This document shows positions 38,870 to 49,615 of a stretch of 64,000 nt of DNA, piece by piece. The stretch is taken from assembly GCA_038496445.1 (NCBI GenBank), contig JALMLS010000131.1, forward strand, positions 1-64,000, read 5' to 3'. Under the pieces are notes generated by a model that saw only the letters and a program-made list of their open reading frames with translations, ran no database searches and was not told the origin of the DNA. The position numbers were made by a program, and so were the translations under genes. Numbering within the stretch: the first letter of the stretch is position 1; every line of letters starts with the position of its first letter. Source of the stretch: Trichosphaerium sp. ATCC 40318 (Eukaryota; Protista; Tubulinea).

Positions 38870-40240
38870 ATGGAGCAGTACAATATTAGTAAGCATCTTG
38901 AAGACTCAAACGAAGACAAAAACAAGGATTTGGAATCAACAACAATATTATCGCTTCCAGTTGAAATAATCGTTCATATTCTCAACCAAGGTAAATTTAC
39001 ACTGCGTTCTGCACAAACATGCCATTTTATACACGATATTGTCCATAAATACATTGGATATGGGTGTATAGCAGTCTCCCACGTCAGCGAACTATCGCTA
39101 CTTGCTGGTACACCTTTATTAAAGAATACACGTGTATCTTTTAGAACAAAAGATATTGAAGATTGTCACTTATATTCACTTGTGGGTGTACATTCAATCG
39201 ACCTACATGACTGCAAGTTAATAACAGATGATGGGATCAAAGCATTGGCTGGTGTTCATAGAATTGATTTAACCCGTACAAGAGTAACAGATGAAGGGAT
39301 CAAGGCATTAGCTGGTGTACACACAATTATTTTATCAGGCACAAATGTTATGTGCGAAGGGGTAAAGGCATTGGCTGGTGTACACACAATTGTTTTGAAC
39401 AATACAAGAATATCAGACAAATGTTTGAAGGCATTAAAAGGTGTGCACACTATTAAACTACAGGAGTGCAGACGTATTACCAATGATGGGATAAGAGCAT
39501 TGATTAGTAACAACACTGATTTATGTAAAACAACAGCATCAGATGAACAGTTTAAGGCCGTGACAGGCGTGCACACAATTGAACTAAGGGGTACTAAGGT
39601 TACAGATGGAGGAGCCAAGTTGTTGGTTGGCATTCATCAAGTTGGTTTAGCATTAACTACTATAACGGATGAAGGTTTGAAAGCATTGGCAGGTGTACAC
39701 ACAATTTTTATATGGGGTTGTAGACATATTACAGACAATGGAATTAAGGCATTGGCAGGTGTTCATGAAATTGATTTATCTTATGTATCAGTAACAGATG
39801 AAGGTTTGAAGGCATTGGCAGGCGTACACACAATTGAATTAGGTTGGTGTAGCCAAATTACAGACAAGGGGATTAAAGCATTGGCAGGTGTACACAAAAT
39901 CGGGTTGTGCTTCACAAAAGTTACAGATGAAGGGATCAAGGCATTAATCGGAGTTCACACTATTGATTTATCCGGTACAAGTGTTACAGATGAAGGGATA
40001 AAGTCCAAGGCATTGGCTGGTATACATACAATTGTTTTGAGAAACACAGAAGTCACAGACAAATGTTTGAAGGCCTTGACACGTGCGCATACTATAAAAT
40101 TAACTAAGTGCAAACAAATTACGGATACTGGGGTCAAGATATTGACTGACGTGCACACAATTGATTTATCTGGTACAAGTGTTACAGGTGAAGGGATCAA
40201 GGCACTGGTTGGTGTACACGAAATTGTTTGGAGGTACTAG
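38870..40240 (+). CDS. Intronless F-box + tandem LRR protein
   Basis: ILSLPVEIIVHIL F-box and about 14-15 24/25-aa repeats of VTDEGIKALAGVHTIxLxxT/C. Confidence 0.9.
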   Translation: MEQYNISKHLEDSNEDKNKDLESTTILSLPVEIIVHILNQGKFTLRSAQTCHFIHDIVHKYIGYGCIAVSHVSELSLLAGTPLLKNTRVSFRTKDIEDCHLYSLVGVHSIDLHDCKLITDDGIKALAGVHRIDLTRTRVTDEGIKALAGVHTIILSGTNVMCEGVKALAGVHTIVLNNTRISDKCLKALKGVHTIKLQECRRITNDGIRALISNNTDLCKTTASDEQFKAVTGVHTIELRGTKVTDGGAKLLVGIHQVGLALTTITDEGLKALAGVHTIFIWGCRHITDNGIKALAGVHEIDLSYVSVTDEGLKALAGVHTIELGWCSQITDKGIKALAGVHKIGLCFTKVTDEGIKALIGVHTIDLSGTSVTDEGIKSKALAGIHTIVLRNTEVTDKCLKALTRAHTIKLTKCKQITDTGVKILTDVHTIDLSGTSVTGEGIKALVGVHEIVWRY

Positions 40241-40265
40241 AGTGACAGACAAAGGTTTGAAGGTA
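39180..40265 (+). repeat. Coding tandem array of 72/75-nt LRR units
   Basis: Recurrent acagatgaagg..t.aaggcattggc.ggtgtacacacaatt. Confidence 0.85.
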
Positions 40266-40486
40266 GTAAATAGATGTGTAGCGCTAATTGAGGATAAAAG
40301 TGTTTAACAACTACCGAATTCCTGTTTTAGTATTAAAGTACTTTATAAAGTATTTTCAAATAACAGCATGGGCAATAAACCTATTTGACGCCAGAACTTG
40401 CGTCATAAAAAATGTAGAATTAAATACGGCACTTGTTTAGTAGCCAATAGAGATAAATTTACAAGTATTTGTTAGTTTATTGTACA

Positions 40487-43472
40487 TCATTCCCATAAAG
40501 GTTCTTCCATAACAGTGTCCTGAAGGTAACAATTACAAAAAACCAAAAAAAATACTAAAAACAAACCTCTAGAGTTGACCATAGTAAGTCCGGAACATCT
40601 AGGTCAATTGATTCCACTTTAAAATTACGTTCATATTCACAAGATATGGGTTCTTCTGTATATCCTTCAGGTGAAGCCATGAGAAGTGATGGAAAGAACT
40701 ACAGACAACATTATACTGACTTCAAAAAAAATTAAAAATCACATTGATCAGTTGTACCTCGCTATCGCTTTGTGTTATTGCGCTGAGTGTTGGGGAGTTT
40801 GTCAGTTCTATTTGATCGCTTATACTTGGTACATTTGTTACAACAGGCTTTGAATGAACACAAAAAGAACCAACAGGTAGGCATATAGCGTTTTGAAGTG
40901 CAATAAGTTTCTTGATTGCTTCAGGTGAATCGATAATATTAGGCTGATCAGACTCTGTGATATTATATCCTTCTCTTTGTAGTTTACAAAACATATCGTT
41001 TACCTTGGTACCTTCCCATAGTATAAAATTAGCGCAGTGGTCATTACCCTCCTCGTTTAAACCCGGAATGCGTGCTAGAATCATATCATGTTCAGGCCTT
41101 TTGTACTTCATGCTCAAGAACAACTAAACATGTATGTTAATGACCTAAAGGGATAGTGTATCTTCTTCAATTTAGACATACCCTGAATATCATTCGTGCC
41201 ATTGGCCATCTATTAAAGGCAGAAGTTAGAATTCTTTCGAAGTTCAAAACAGAATTTAAATAGCATATTTTTCTGAGTGATCACGTGCTTTTTTGCTGAG
41301 GTTCTGATATGGTTTAGGCAACATAAAAATTCTTCTGCTGAATCTAGCTGAGCAAATGTCTAATAAAAAAGTGTCAATGCTCAACGCTCACTTAGATAAC
41401 TTTAAATTTACAGAAAAAACTGTTTACTCGACTTACCTCAATAAGTAATTTGACAGTTAGAAGCATTAAAACTGCATTCTTATTTACTTCGTGTAAGTAT
41501 TCTACGCCTTTTTTGGCATGCTGAACAGTGTTAAGTAAAATTCATTGAAAAAAGAAAGGTGTAGTTTCTTACTTTGATTGCTTCAAATCGATTTCCTTCA
41601 CATAAAAGGAACTTAGCCTTCGCCAAGTGGGACATGATGTCAACATGAACGCCCATGTGGCCAGTATTGATTGATTGAACTTGCATTAATCTCAACTGGT
41701 TATACGTTAGTACTGCTTTTTTTTTAAAATGCTTGTTCGTACCATGCAATCTGACTTTTGAGACACCGTCAGAGGTTTCTTTGTTACAAGTGAAGTGGAT
41801 GTCTTTTAGTAAATGAGAGGTGTAAACAGTTTAAATACGAGAAGTTCTCTTTGTTTTTGGCTTACCTTATTGTAAACTTTTCTGAGCAAGCAAATGACCA
41901 GAATCTGCTTGTCAATGAGAGAAATATGGTGTATATTACCTAAACATACGTTGGAGTTCTTTTATCTTTGTGTTTTCTGGCCTACCTCCACAAGAAGCTA
42001 AAATATCGCTAACAGTTTTTTCATGTATTTTTTTGCGTTTTCTGGTGCACATGAATTTACAGTCTTGCCACGTGATTACACGAAGTAAAGTACGTTGTTC
42101 TTCTGTTGCAGCATCTAAAGGGTTGTAAATATACGTCTTTAATTATTAAAACGCACATACCAAAGGAGCTTGAGTTTTTACTCGCTTTTTTTCTTAGTGC
42201 AACTGATCTTGAGTGGTCTCCGTTTAAATAATACATCATACCCAATATAGTCTCCCCAGCTATAATATATTATTACAACTACTTACTGTTCGACCTAACT
42301 GGACCTACCTGCCACTTTAGGGTGAGCAGTCAACGTCAGTTTATTTTTGAAGTCGTTCGCCATATCTTCAAATTTTGATCTACTTGAATGATCACCCGTA
42401 ACAAAGGCACCCATTGCAGCAGTTGCAAAAGCATGAAATGAAGTTGGTGACACTAAAAAGATGTAAGTTAAAGCTTGTCTATAATGTAGTAATACACGTG
42501 ATAACCATTCCAACTTACAAGAGGAATTCGAAACAAAGAAGTACCTATTGAGAGTGGATTGTTATTTAGGCCAGTTGGATGCAACACATGAGCAATTATC
42601 GACGATTGACTACTATGCATAGCGTCTATATAATGCAATACAATAGATGAATTCATCTAAACAAGATTTAGATATTGGTTACAATAAAAAAAAATCACGT
42701 GATTTTTTTTTGGAAAGATAACAATAACGAGGAGTGTACCATTTTAAAATCGATGGTAGAAGGTGATAATGTAGTGAGTGTAGTAATAGGGAATGGTGAA
42801 TCTTTTAAAAGTGTTATCTCTTGTTTTTGTTCTTCGATCAACTTCTCAAGATACTTTATCTTTTCTTCATACTTCTTACGATAACCTAACACGATAAGCG
42901 TCTTTCGATTTTTCAGTCTTTATGTCGGCTTTCAATTAACACTGGGACACTTTTATTTTTTTATTTGGGATAAGAACATTTGAAACGAATACCTTGCGCC
43001 CGCAGATACCTACAAAGCAAATGCTAACCAATAAAATTACTGTTGTATTGTCCGTTTCAGTCAGCTAGTCAACCCCTTATTCGCCAAGATTTTTTCGCTA
43101 CAAGTTCTCCAATGTACACAGCGATACAAATAAAGTGGTTCAGAGCAAAAAAATACTGCCGAATAAAGGGTTGACTAGCTGACTGAAACGGACAATAAAT
43201 GAAACTCGATAAAGAAAATAATACCTGGACGTGGCCCACGTTTCTTCAGAGGTACGTAAACGCATTTAGTGTCTGCACGCCAACAATTACAACAAGGAAA
43301 ACCTAAATACCCGTTAATGCTTTGAGGTGATATGACCTGTTTTATACAATAAAGCTTGTTTTATTCCTAACAAGTGTACATTACCTCCGTCACACTTTTC
43401 ATGCTTTTCACGGCACCGCTTACATGTTTTCTTTGGTGTATTCTTCCTTTTTTTAACGTTATGGACAATCAT
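40487..43472 (-). CDS. Second Zn(II)2Cys6 transcription factor, multi-exon
   Basis: Spliced TCKRCREKHEKCDGGFPCCNCWRADTKCVYVPLKKRGPRPG, then coiled coil KYEEKIKYLEKLIEEQK. Confidence 0.8.
43048..43195. mobile_element. MITE (Tc1/mariner-type), 148 bp, in an intron
   Basis: 28-bp perfect TIR TTGTCCGTTTCAGTCAGCTAGTCAACCC extending imperfectly to about 50 bp. TA on both flanks (43046-47; 43196-97). Confidence 0.85.
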
Positions 43473-43784
43473 AGTGATCTATCTTCGCTGTATTACTGAC
43501 GGTTTAATATATTTCCCGCGAGCCTTAATCAGTTTTCCCGGTTAAGGCAGCGTTCCATATCAAGAAAGCGTCACCACGTGTGGTAGTTTGTCTAAATCAT
43601 TATAAGATCAAAACAACCCACGTATCACTGCTCATGAACTCGGCGGCAAATTATCACAAGAGCAATAGCATAACATACAATGTTAATATGTATAACACAT
43701 TTTTGGGTGGCATGCTACAGAGTAAGTTTCTATCATGCATGGTAGCAAAAACAAGCGAAATTGGAATATGTATTTTTAGTTATC

Positions 43785-44951
43785 TCATTGTACAATTATA
43801 GAAGCACTAAAACTGTGCACAAGTGCTTTACACGCATCAAAATCACATTGTTGTTGCATCACTTGAAGAACACGAAGAATTCTACCTTCTTCAACACCTC
43901 CGAGAGGTTCAATAACTAAGATTTTAGACAGAACTATTTACAATTGTCAGTAGTGCACTAGTGATAACGTATGAGACGTACCAACATCGCAAAAGCGATT
44001 TACTGACATTTTTGGTAGAACGACAGCCATTTGTTCTAAGAATGAATAGTAAGGTAGTTTATTGTGTTTTGACGCTTGCTTAGAGTCATTGAAAAGAGCA
44101 TAGAGAAGCTCAAATCCGTAAACCTCTCTATCAGATTCTGGTCTACAAAAAAGAAGGTTATAAGAATCTTGGTCAACCAAGTGCTACGTACAATGTTTGG
44201 GCAATGGAGCCGAAGGATTCAACCAAGAATTCAGCGTATCCGCTGTTATTTATTTGAGGAAGGCAAGCTACATCCAAAAGCCTTTCTTTTACGTTATTGA
44301 TGTGCTCAGATGTAAAACGGACAGACTGCAATAGTGAACTCAAAGTTGTAGGATCTATTGGGTGCTCGATAATTTCATTAACAAGCAATTCTAACGATTG
44401 TTAGACTGACGGAACATAAATACGAGTAGTCGCTGTTGTAGCTTGCCTTTTGTAGATTGAGGTACGATTTTGAAAAACAAAGGTAGAAGCTCTTCTTCAC
44501 GCTTTACTTCGCACATTATCAATATGGGTTTTACAAGAGACTTGGAGAGGCCTTCGTTCTTCAACCTGAAAATAACTGTCAACGTTGTTGTTGGTTTAGC
44601 TTGGCGCACCATTGAGCGGCATCTGGTCTTGTGAATAGCGTAGATAGAACTGAGTAGAGCTGAGAGTATACTTTTTGTAATACTTGTATTGGAGCGCACT
44701 CAATTACAACGTTCAGTAGGAATACAACCTTTTTAAACCTAGATGGCGAGTTTATCTCTGCGCGTAAACCGAGAAATATGCCATTCAATACAATGGTTAT
44801 ATTCTTTAATAGTAAGTTTCCTAGCCAACAGATCAGCGTTTTGTTTGTCTGATAAGTTGAAATTACTACCTCTTCCGTCATAGCTTCTGTTTCGTAACGT
44901 TTGGGCTGCTGCCAGCAAGTCTCGTGGAGTTATGTTGCAACGATCGGCCAT
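43785..44951 (-). CDS. Hypothetical alpha-helical protein, multi-exon
   Basis: Five overlapping ORF fragments join into one frame through short introns, including a GC-AG intron at 44391-44446. Confidence 0.55.
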
Positions 44952-45462
44952 AGCTGTTTTTTGAATGCTGGTTTTCTATTTCCACGTGACATGCTTTGTT
45001 CTTGCTTTGCGAACTAACATGGCACCCGCTGGACGTTCCATGAAGTACAGTGACTTACGAACGTATTTGAGATTAACAACTTGAAGCAGTCAGTACGGCA
45101 TGATTTGGAACAGGTACAGATTCTAGAATTCACTTTGAGGAATTTTACTGTTTGTTTTTGTTTGTTTATTCAAGTCGGGATCACAGCAACGCTTACGTAT
45201 ACAACAAAAACATGTTACGTGAAATACACAGAATGATTAACAGATTACTGGTGGCCACAAGTTCCCCAAAACGTTGTACATACAAGCAAACTGTACATAT
45301 AACTACTGAGGCGTGTTGCTGACGGCGAACTAGGAAAAGTCTGTGAATAGACCGAGGATTGCGGTTTTTTTGGAACCTCTCGACGAAATCTCGATGAAAA
45401 TTCACGTTGAATTTGATTGAGTACAAAAAGTGAGCCAAAAACAAATTCACGTATACAACATA

Positions 45463-46653
45463 ATGAGCACCCCAGGATCTAACCCAGAGCCAACTCAAAC
45501 CACAAACGCGCCTCAAACACGCACTTTTTTTGGCGTTATACAATTTCATGTGCCTATCGTTATAAACGCCAATACAGAACAAGCGGGCGAACCTCCACTA
45601 TCGTACGACAATTTAGGAACCTGCAATTCCTTCACTAACCAAACGTCTAGAATTGCTGATATATTGCGACAAATTAACCCTGCGTTTTCGGCAGACAATC
45701 TAACGCCAGTTGCCGGCCAACCTTTTCCAATTAACTTTTCAAACCTACCAAACATGCCAAACATGCCGAACATGCCCATGCCTAATCTCCCTACCGGTGT
45801 TAATAGTTTCCAAGACCTGCTAGACTCAATGTTTCAACAACACCAACCAACTGGCCCACCACCGGCGTCAAAAAACGCTGTGGAGAGCTTACGACAGATT
45901 GTGGTCGATGACACGCTCGAGAAACAAAACGTCGAATGTACTGTATGTAAATGTAATTTCGAAGCAGGTACGTTCCTTTTACGCCATAAAAACCGCGAAA
46001 CCAATCATGGTATTACTTTATTTACCCGCGCTAGGCGATGAAGCTCTAGAGATGCCCTGCAAGCACTTATACCACTCAGATTGCCTAAAGCCATGGTTAA
46101 AAACACATAATACGTGCCCTGTACGTTATAAAAAGCCAAACGACTTTTTTTGTTAAATGGCGTGACACGTGTAAAATTTTAAAACTGTGTTTACGTGCCA
46201 ACGAACACCAAATCACTCTAGCTGCCGTTTACGAAGGAGTGGAATTTTTTTTTTGGAAAAGTTCTTGTAGGCTCACTTTTTCTCCCTCAGGTTTGTCGAT
46301 ACGAACTAGCTACATCAGATGCTACGTACGAAAACGAGAGGAAACGCCGTATGGAACAAAGAGATAACTCTTGGAGCGGTTACGACACTAAAAACGCCCC
46401 AGAAGCTAAACGCGCTAAGAAGCATCACCATACATGTGCTCTGGAGCTAGAAACAGAGAAGCAATGCGAATTCAAAGAAACAGGCGAACCTGTTCGTTTA
46501 ACGCTTCACTGTGGTTGTAATTATCACAAAGAGTGCCTGGAGAATAATTTAAAGAAGAAGGATGTTGATATAACAAGCTTGAACACTATACACTTTGAGT
46601 GCCCATCTTGCAACAAGAATACTTCTATTATTCCGTTCATTGACATAGATTGA
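45463..46653 (+). CDS. RING-H2 E3 ubiquitin ligase (RNF115/126-like) with second degenerate RING
   Basis: [20 protein letters not shown]...[27 protein letters not shown]-terminal [10 protein letters not shown]...FECPSC. Confidence 0.85.
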
Positions 46654-47066
46654 TCAAGTGGCATTTTTTTAAAACCCTAACTGTCAAAGTCTTCGTATAA
46701 CAACAAAGGCGATTGAATATTCTCCCGCTACAAAATCACGTCAAAAGGATAGACACAAACCAACTGTAAAAAACTACAAATGTACATAAGGAAAAAACTG
46801 TAAATAATAAGTAAATTAGAACCATTTCAAGTTGAATAAATTATAATTCTGTTATTCATACACTTCCTGAAATATAATGCGGAAGCAAGTAGCCTTTTAC
46901 CACTTTGTATGGATTCAGCTGTGTACCAAACATTCAGTGCTATCTCTCAAGTAGGAGCTAAAGCTCCGACAAACTCTTACAGGCTCATCACAACAGATTG
47001 TAAAGTACTATAATAAATTTTATTTATGACATGTCAAGGTTTTCGCATCATTACCACTGCAGTTTA

Positions 47067-49288
47067 TCACCAAACACCCTGCTCCTTTTTTTGCTCTATA
47101 TATTGCCTTGTACGATAAGTAATACGCATACGTTTCTTCTTCATCCTTTCGACGATTTGTTTAGCATCATCAACTCTACCACGCTCACATTGTATCTTTA
47201 CCATATAATTTGAATTATAAAAATCTGCTGTAATGCCATCAGAAATCATCTTTTTGTAAATTGAATAAGCGCCTTCAAAATCATTTCTTGTCATGTATAA
47301 TTGTATAAGAGTATTGTAAGTAACAATATTACTTTTAACACCAGCAACTCTCTGCATCTCTTTGAGTAAATCATTGCTCTCTTCTATTGTTTTGTCACTG
47401 TTGGCGCACATATTTAATATAGTATTAACCACATAAACATTCCAATGGCTTTTATCTAAAGCCAATAATCTTTCTGTAATCTTAAATCCTTCATCAAACT
47501 TCTTAAGAGTACAAACCGCCTTTAACATCATAGAGTTTGTATAGCAACTAGATTTAAGACCTTCCTTAATCATACGATTGTATAAAGCCAATACTTCATT
47601 AGGATCAGAGGCATACGCCTTCATCAAGTTAACATAAGTATCTGTATCAACAGGAACACCATCATTCTTCATTGCTGACATGATATCTTGTAGAAGCATT
47701 TTATTCTTCAGTTTACCCATTACCGAAAGAAGCCAGTTGTAGTCTTTCACACCAAGATCAATAGAAGAGTCTTGTAAATCTGCGTAAACAGATATTGCTT
47801 CATCTTCTTTATTGTAAGTGCAAAGAGCGTCAAGTGTATGCACATATATTTGTTTCTCTTTTGGTATTCCTTTTGATCCACATTCTTTATAAAGATCAAA
47901 GGCTCTTTTACTATCTCGAAAGTATTTGCATGCTCTTATAGAAGTAGAATATGAAAAACAACTAAGAGTGACTTTCTTGTCCTTCATGACATCCAATAGT
48001 TTAAATACTTCTGCAGGCTTCTTCGCTTTCAAATATCCTTCCAGAACAACATCGTAATTAAATGTACTTGGCTCTATAGTCTCTTCCATATATACTAGTA
48101 ATGATTGGGCGATTCCAGGCTTACCATTACCACAAAACTTTGCGATGTAAGTATGATAAAAAAAAACATCAGGTTTGATTCCAACATTGACTAACTTGTT
48201 TACAATCTTACGGACATCTTCGACTGTATTAACATCCAATCCTGAACCTCTTGATGCTTCATTAAAAGTGTTGATATCAGGTTTTAGACCATCATCCTTA
48301 ATACGCTTGAATACCGCAGCAAACTTGTCTTCAAGACCTAAGTGTCTATACATTGCCAATATTTGGTTATAAATCCGTATATCTGGTTTTATGCCTTTCT
48401 CCTTCATATCCTTTATAATTTTCTCAGCTTTTTCTGGTTCTTTTGCGTAACAGAAACTTTTCACAAGTGCGCTGTAAGAGATTAAGTCAACGTCCAAATT
48501 TTCTGCCATTTGTTCGTAAATTTCGTAAGCTTCATCAGGCCTACCGGCATTACCGTAAATCCGGATAAGATTACTGTAATTAAAATCATTAGGCTTGATG
48601 CCATAGTCATTTTCTAGTTCATGAAATATCTTGGAGGCTTGGTCTGGGTCATCGCTGTATTTTGAGATAATTGCATTCGCACACCAATTATCCATTTCCA
48701 AGTTATTTTTCTTCATTTCAGTTATCCATTTCTCGGCTTCTTTTGCGTTTGGAGCCAATTGCAATAGCGTAGTATACACTCTTATATCTGGAAATAGACC
48801 TTCTAGCTTTAAAGCGGACAATTGACGTTGTGCAAATTCGTAATCGTCGATTTTCGGCATGAACTTATTAAACATCTGGAAAGATGGGCTATACTGTTTA
48901 CTCATCCAGAAGTACTCCTTTATTGAATTACGTTTGTGTAACGGCATGTCGTTGAATTGTGCGAAACTCGGTTTTTTGTCATATTGTGAAGCTTCGTAAG
49001 AGGTGTCTTCGCGCGTTGCATAAGCGTCGTTGAGTTCGTTTTGCATACAGAAAGGCTATTAGCGTTAGTTTCGGACAAAATATTAAAGCAATATTCGGAA
49101 CGCTGTTTTGACGCGCGTTTAGGTAGTTCTAGACAGTAGAGCGACTTTTAACAACTTTCACCAAAAAAGAATGGCAAAGAGCCATAACCGAGTCGCGTAA
49201 CACGTACCGTAGTAGACAATAATACGCATGGTATTCGTAAGAATAATTTATTTGGCCGAGAGCTTGCTCTAGCGGCCAACCTTAACAT
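47067..49288 (-). CDS. Pentatricopeptide-repeat (PPR) protein, probably mitochondrial
   Basis: 35-aa repeats (PDIRIYNQILAMY, PNDFNYSNLIRIYG). Upstream exon MLRLAARASSRPNKLFLR resembles a mitochondrial presequence. Confidence 0.88.
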
Positions 49289-49615
49289 ATCGTCCTCTTA
49301 CACTCCCCGTAGTTACTAAAAAGAACTACAAATGGGAAACCGTCAGCGTTGGTCTTTTCTCTTCGCAACCACTTTATAGTTTGTTGTTGCCCGTACCTTC
49401 GTGTACACGAGGGGAATAAACGTGTTATTTTAATTTTAAAGTCCGCTTAAACCATTTTTAACAAAATTCGCTGCGACTAAGAACAACATACGTAAGTGTG
49501 CAACACAAACACTTAATAACGTATTTCGCTTATAACGACTGCATTAGAAACAAAACAAACAATAAACAGATAAAACCTGAACCATCACGTGCTCAACTAT
49601 TTATATTCAAACAGC

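Noticed and set aside
39256-40200. Antisense ORFs over the LRR gene (likewise 61294-61650 and 48175-48825)
   Set aside because: Shadow frames of repetitive coding sequence.
39180-40260. Repeat-variable-repeat pattern resembling a CRISPR array
   Set aside because: Units are in-frame coding LRRs with synonymous variation, in a eukaryotic context with no cas genes.
43785-44951. Apparent frameshifted pseudogene
   Set aside because: All fragments join through plausible short introns.
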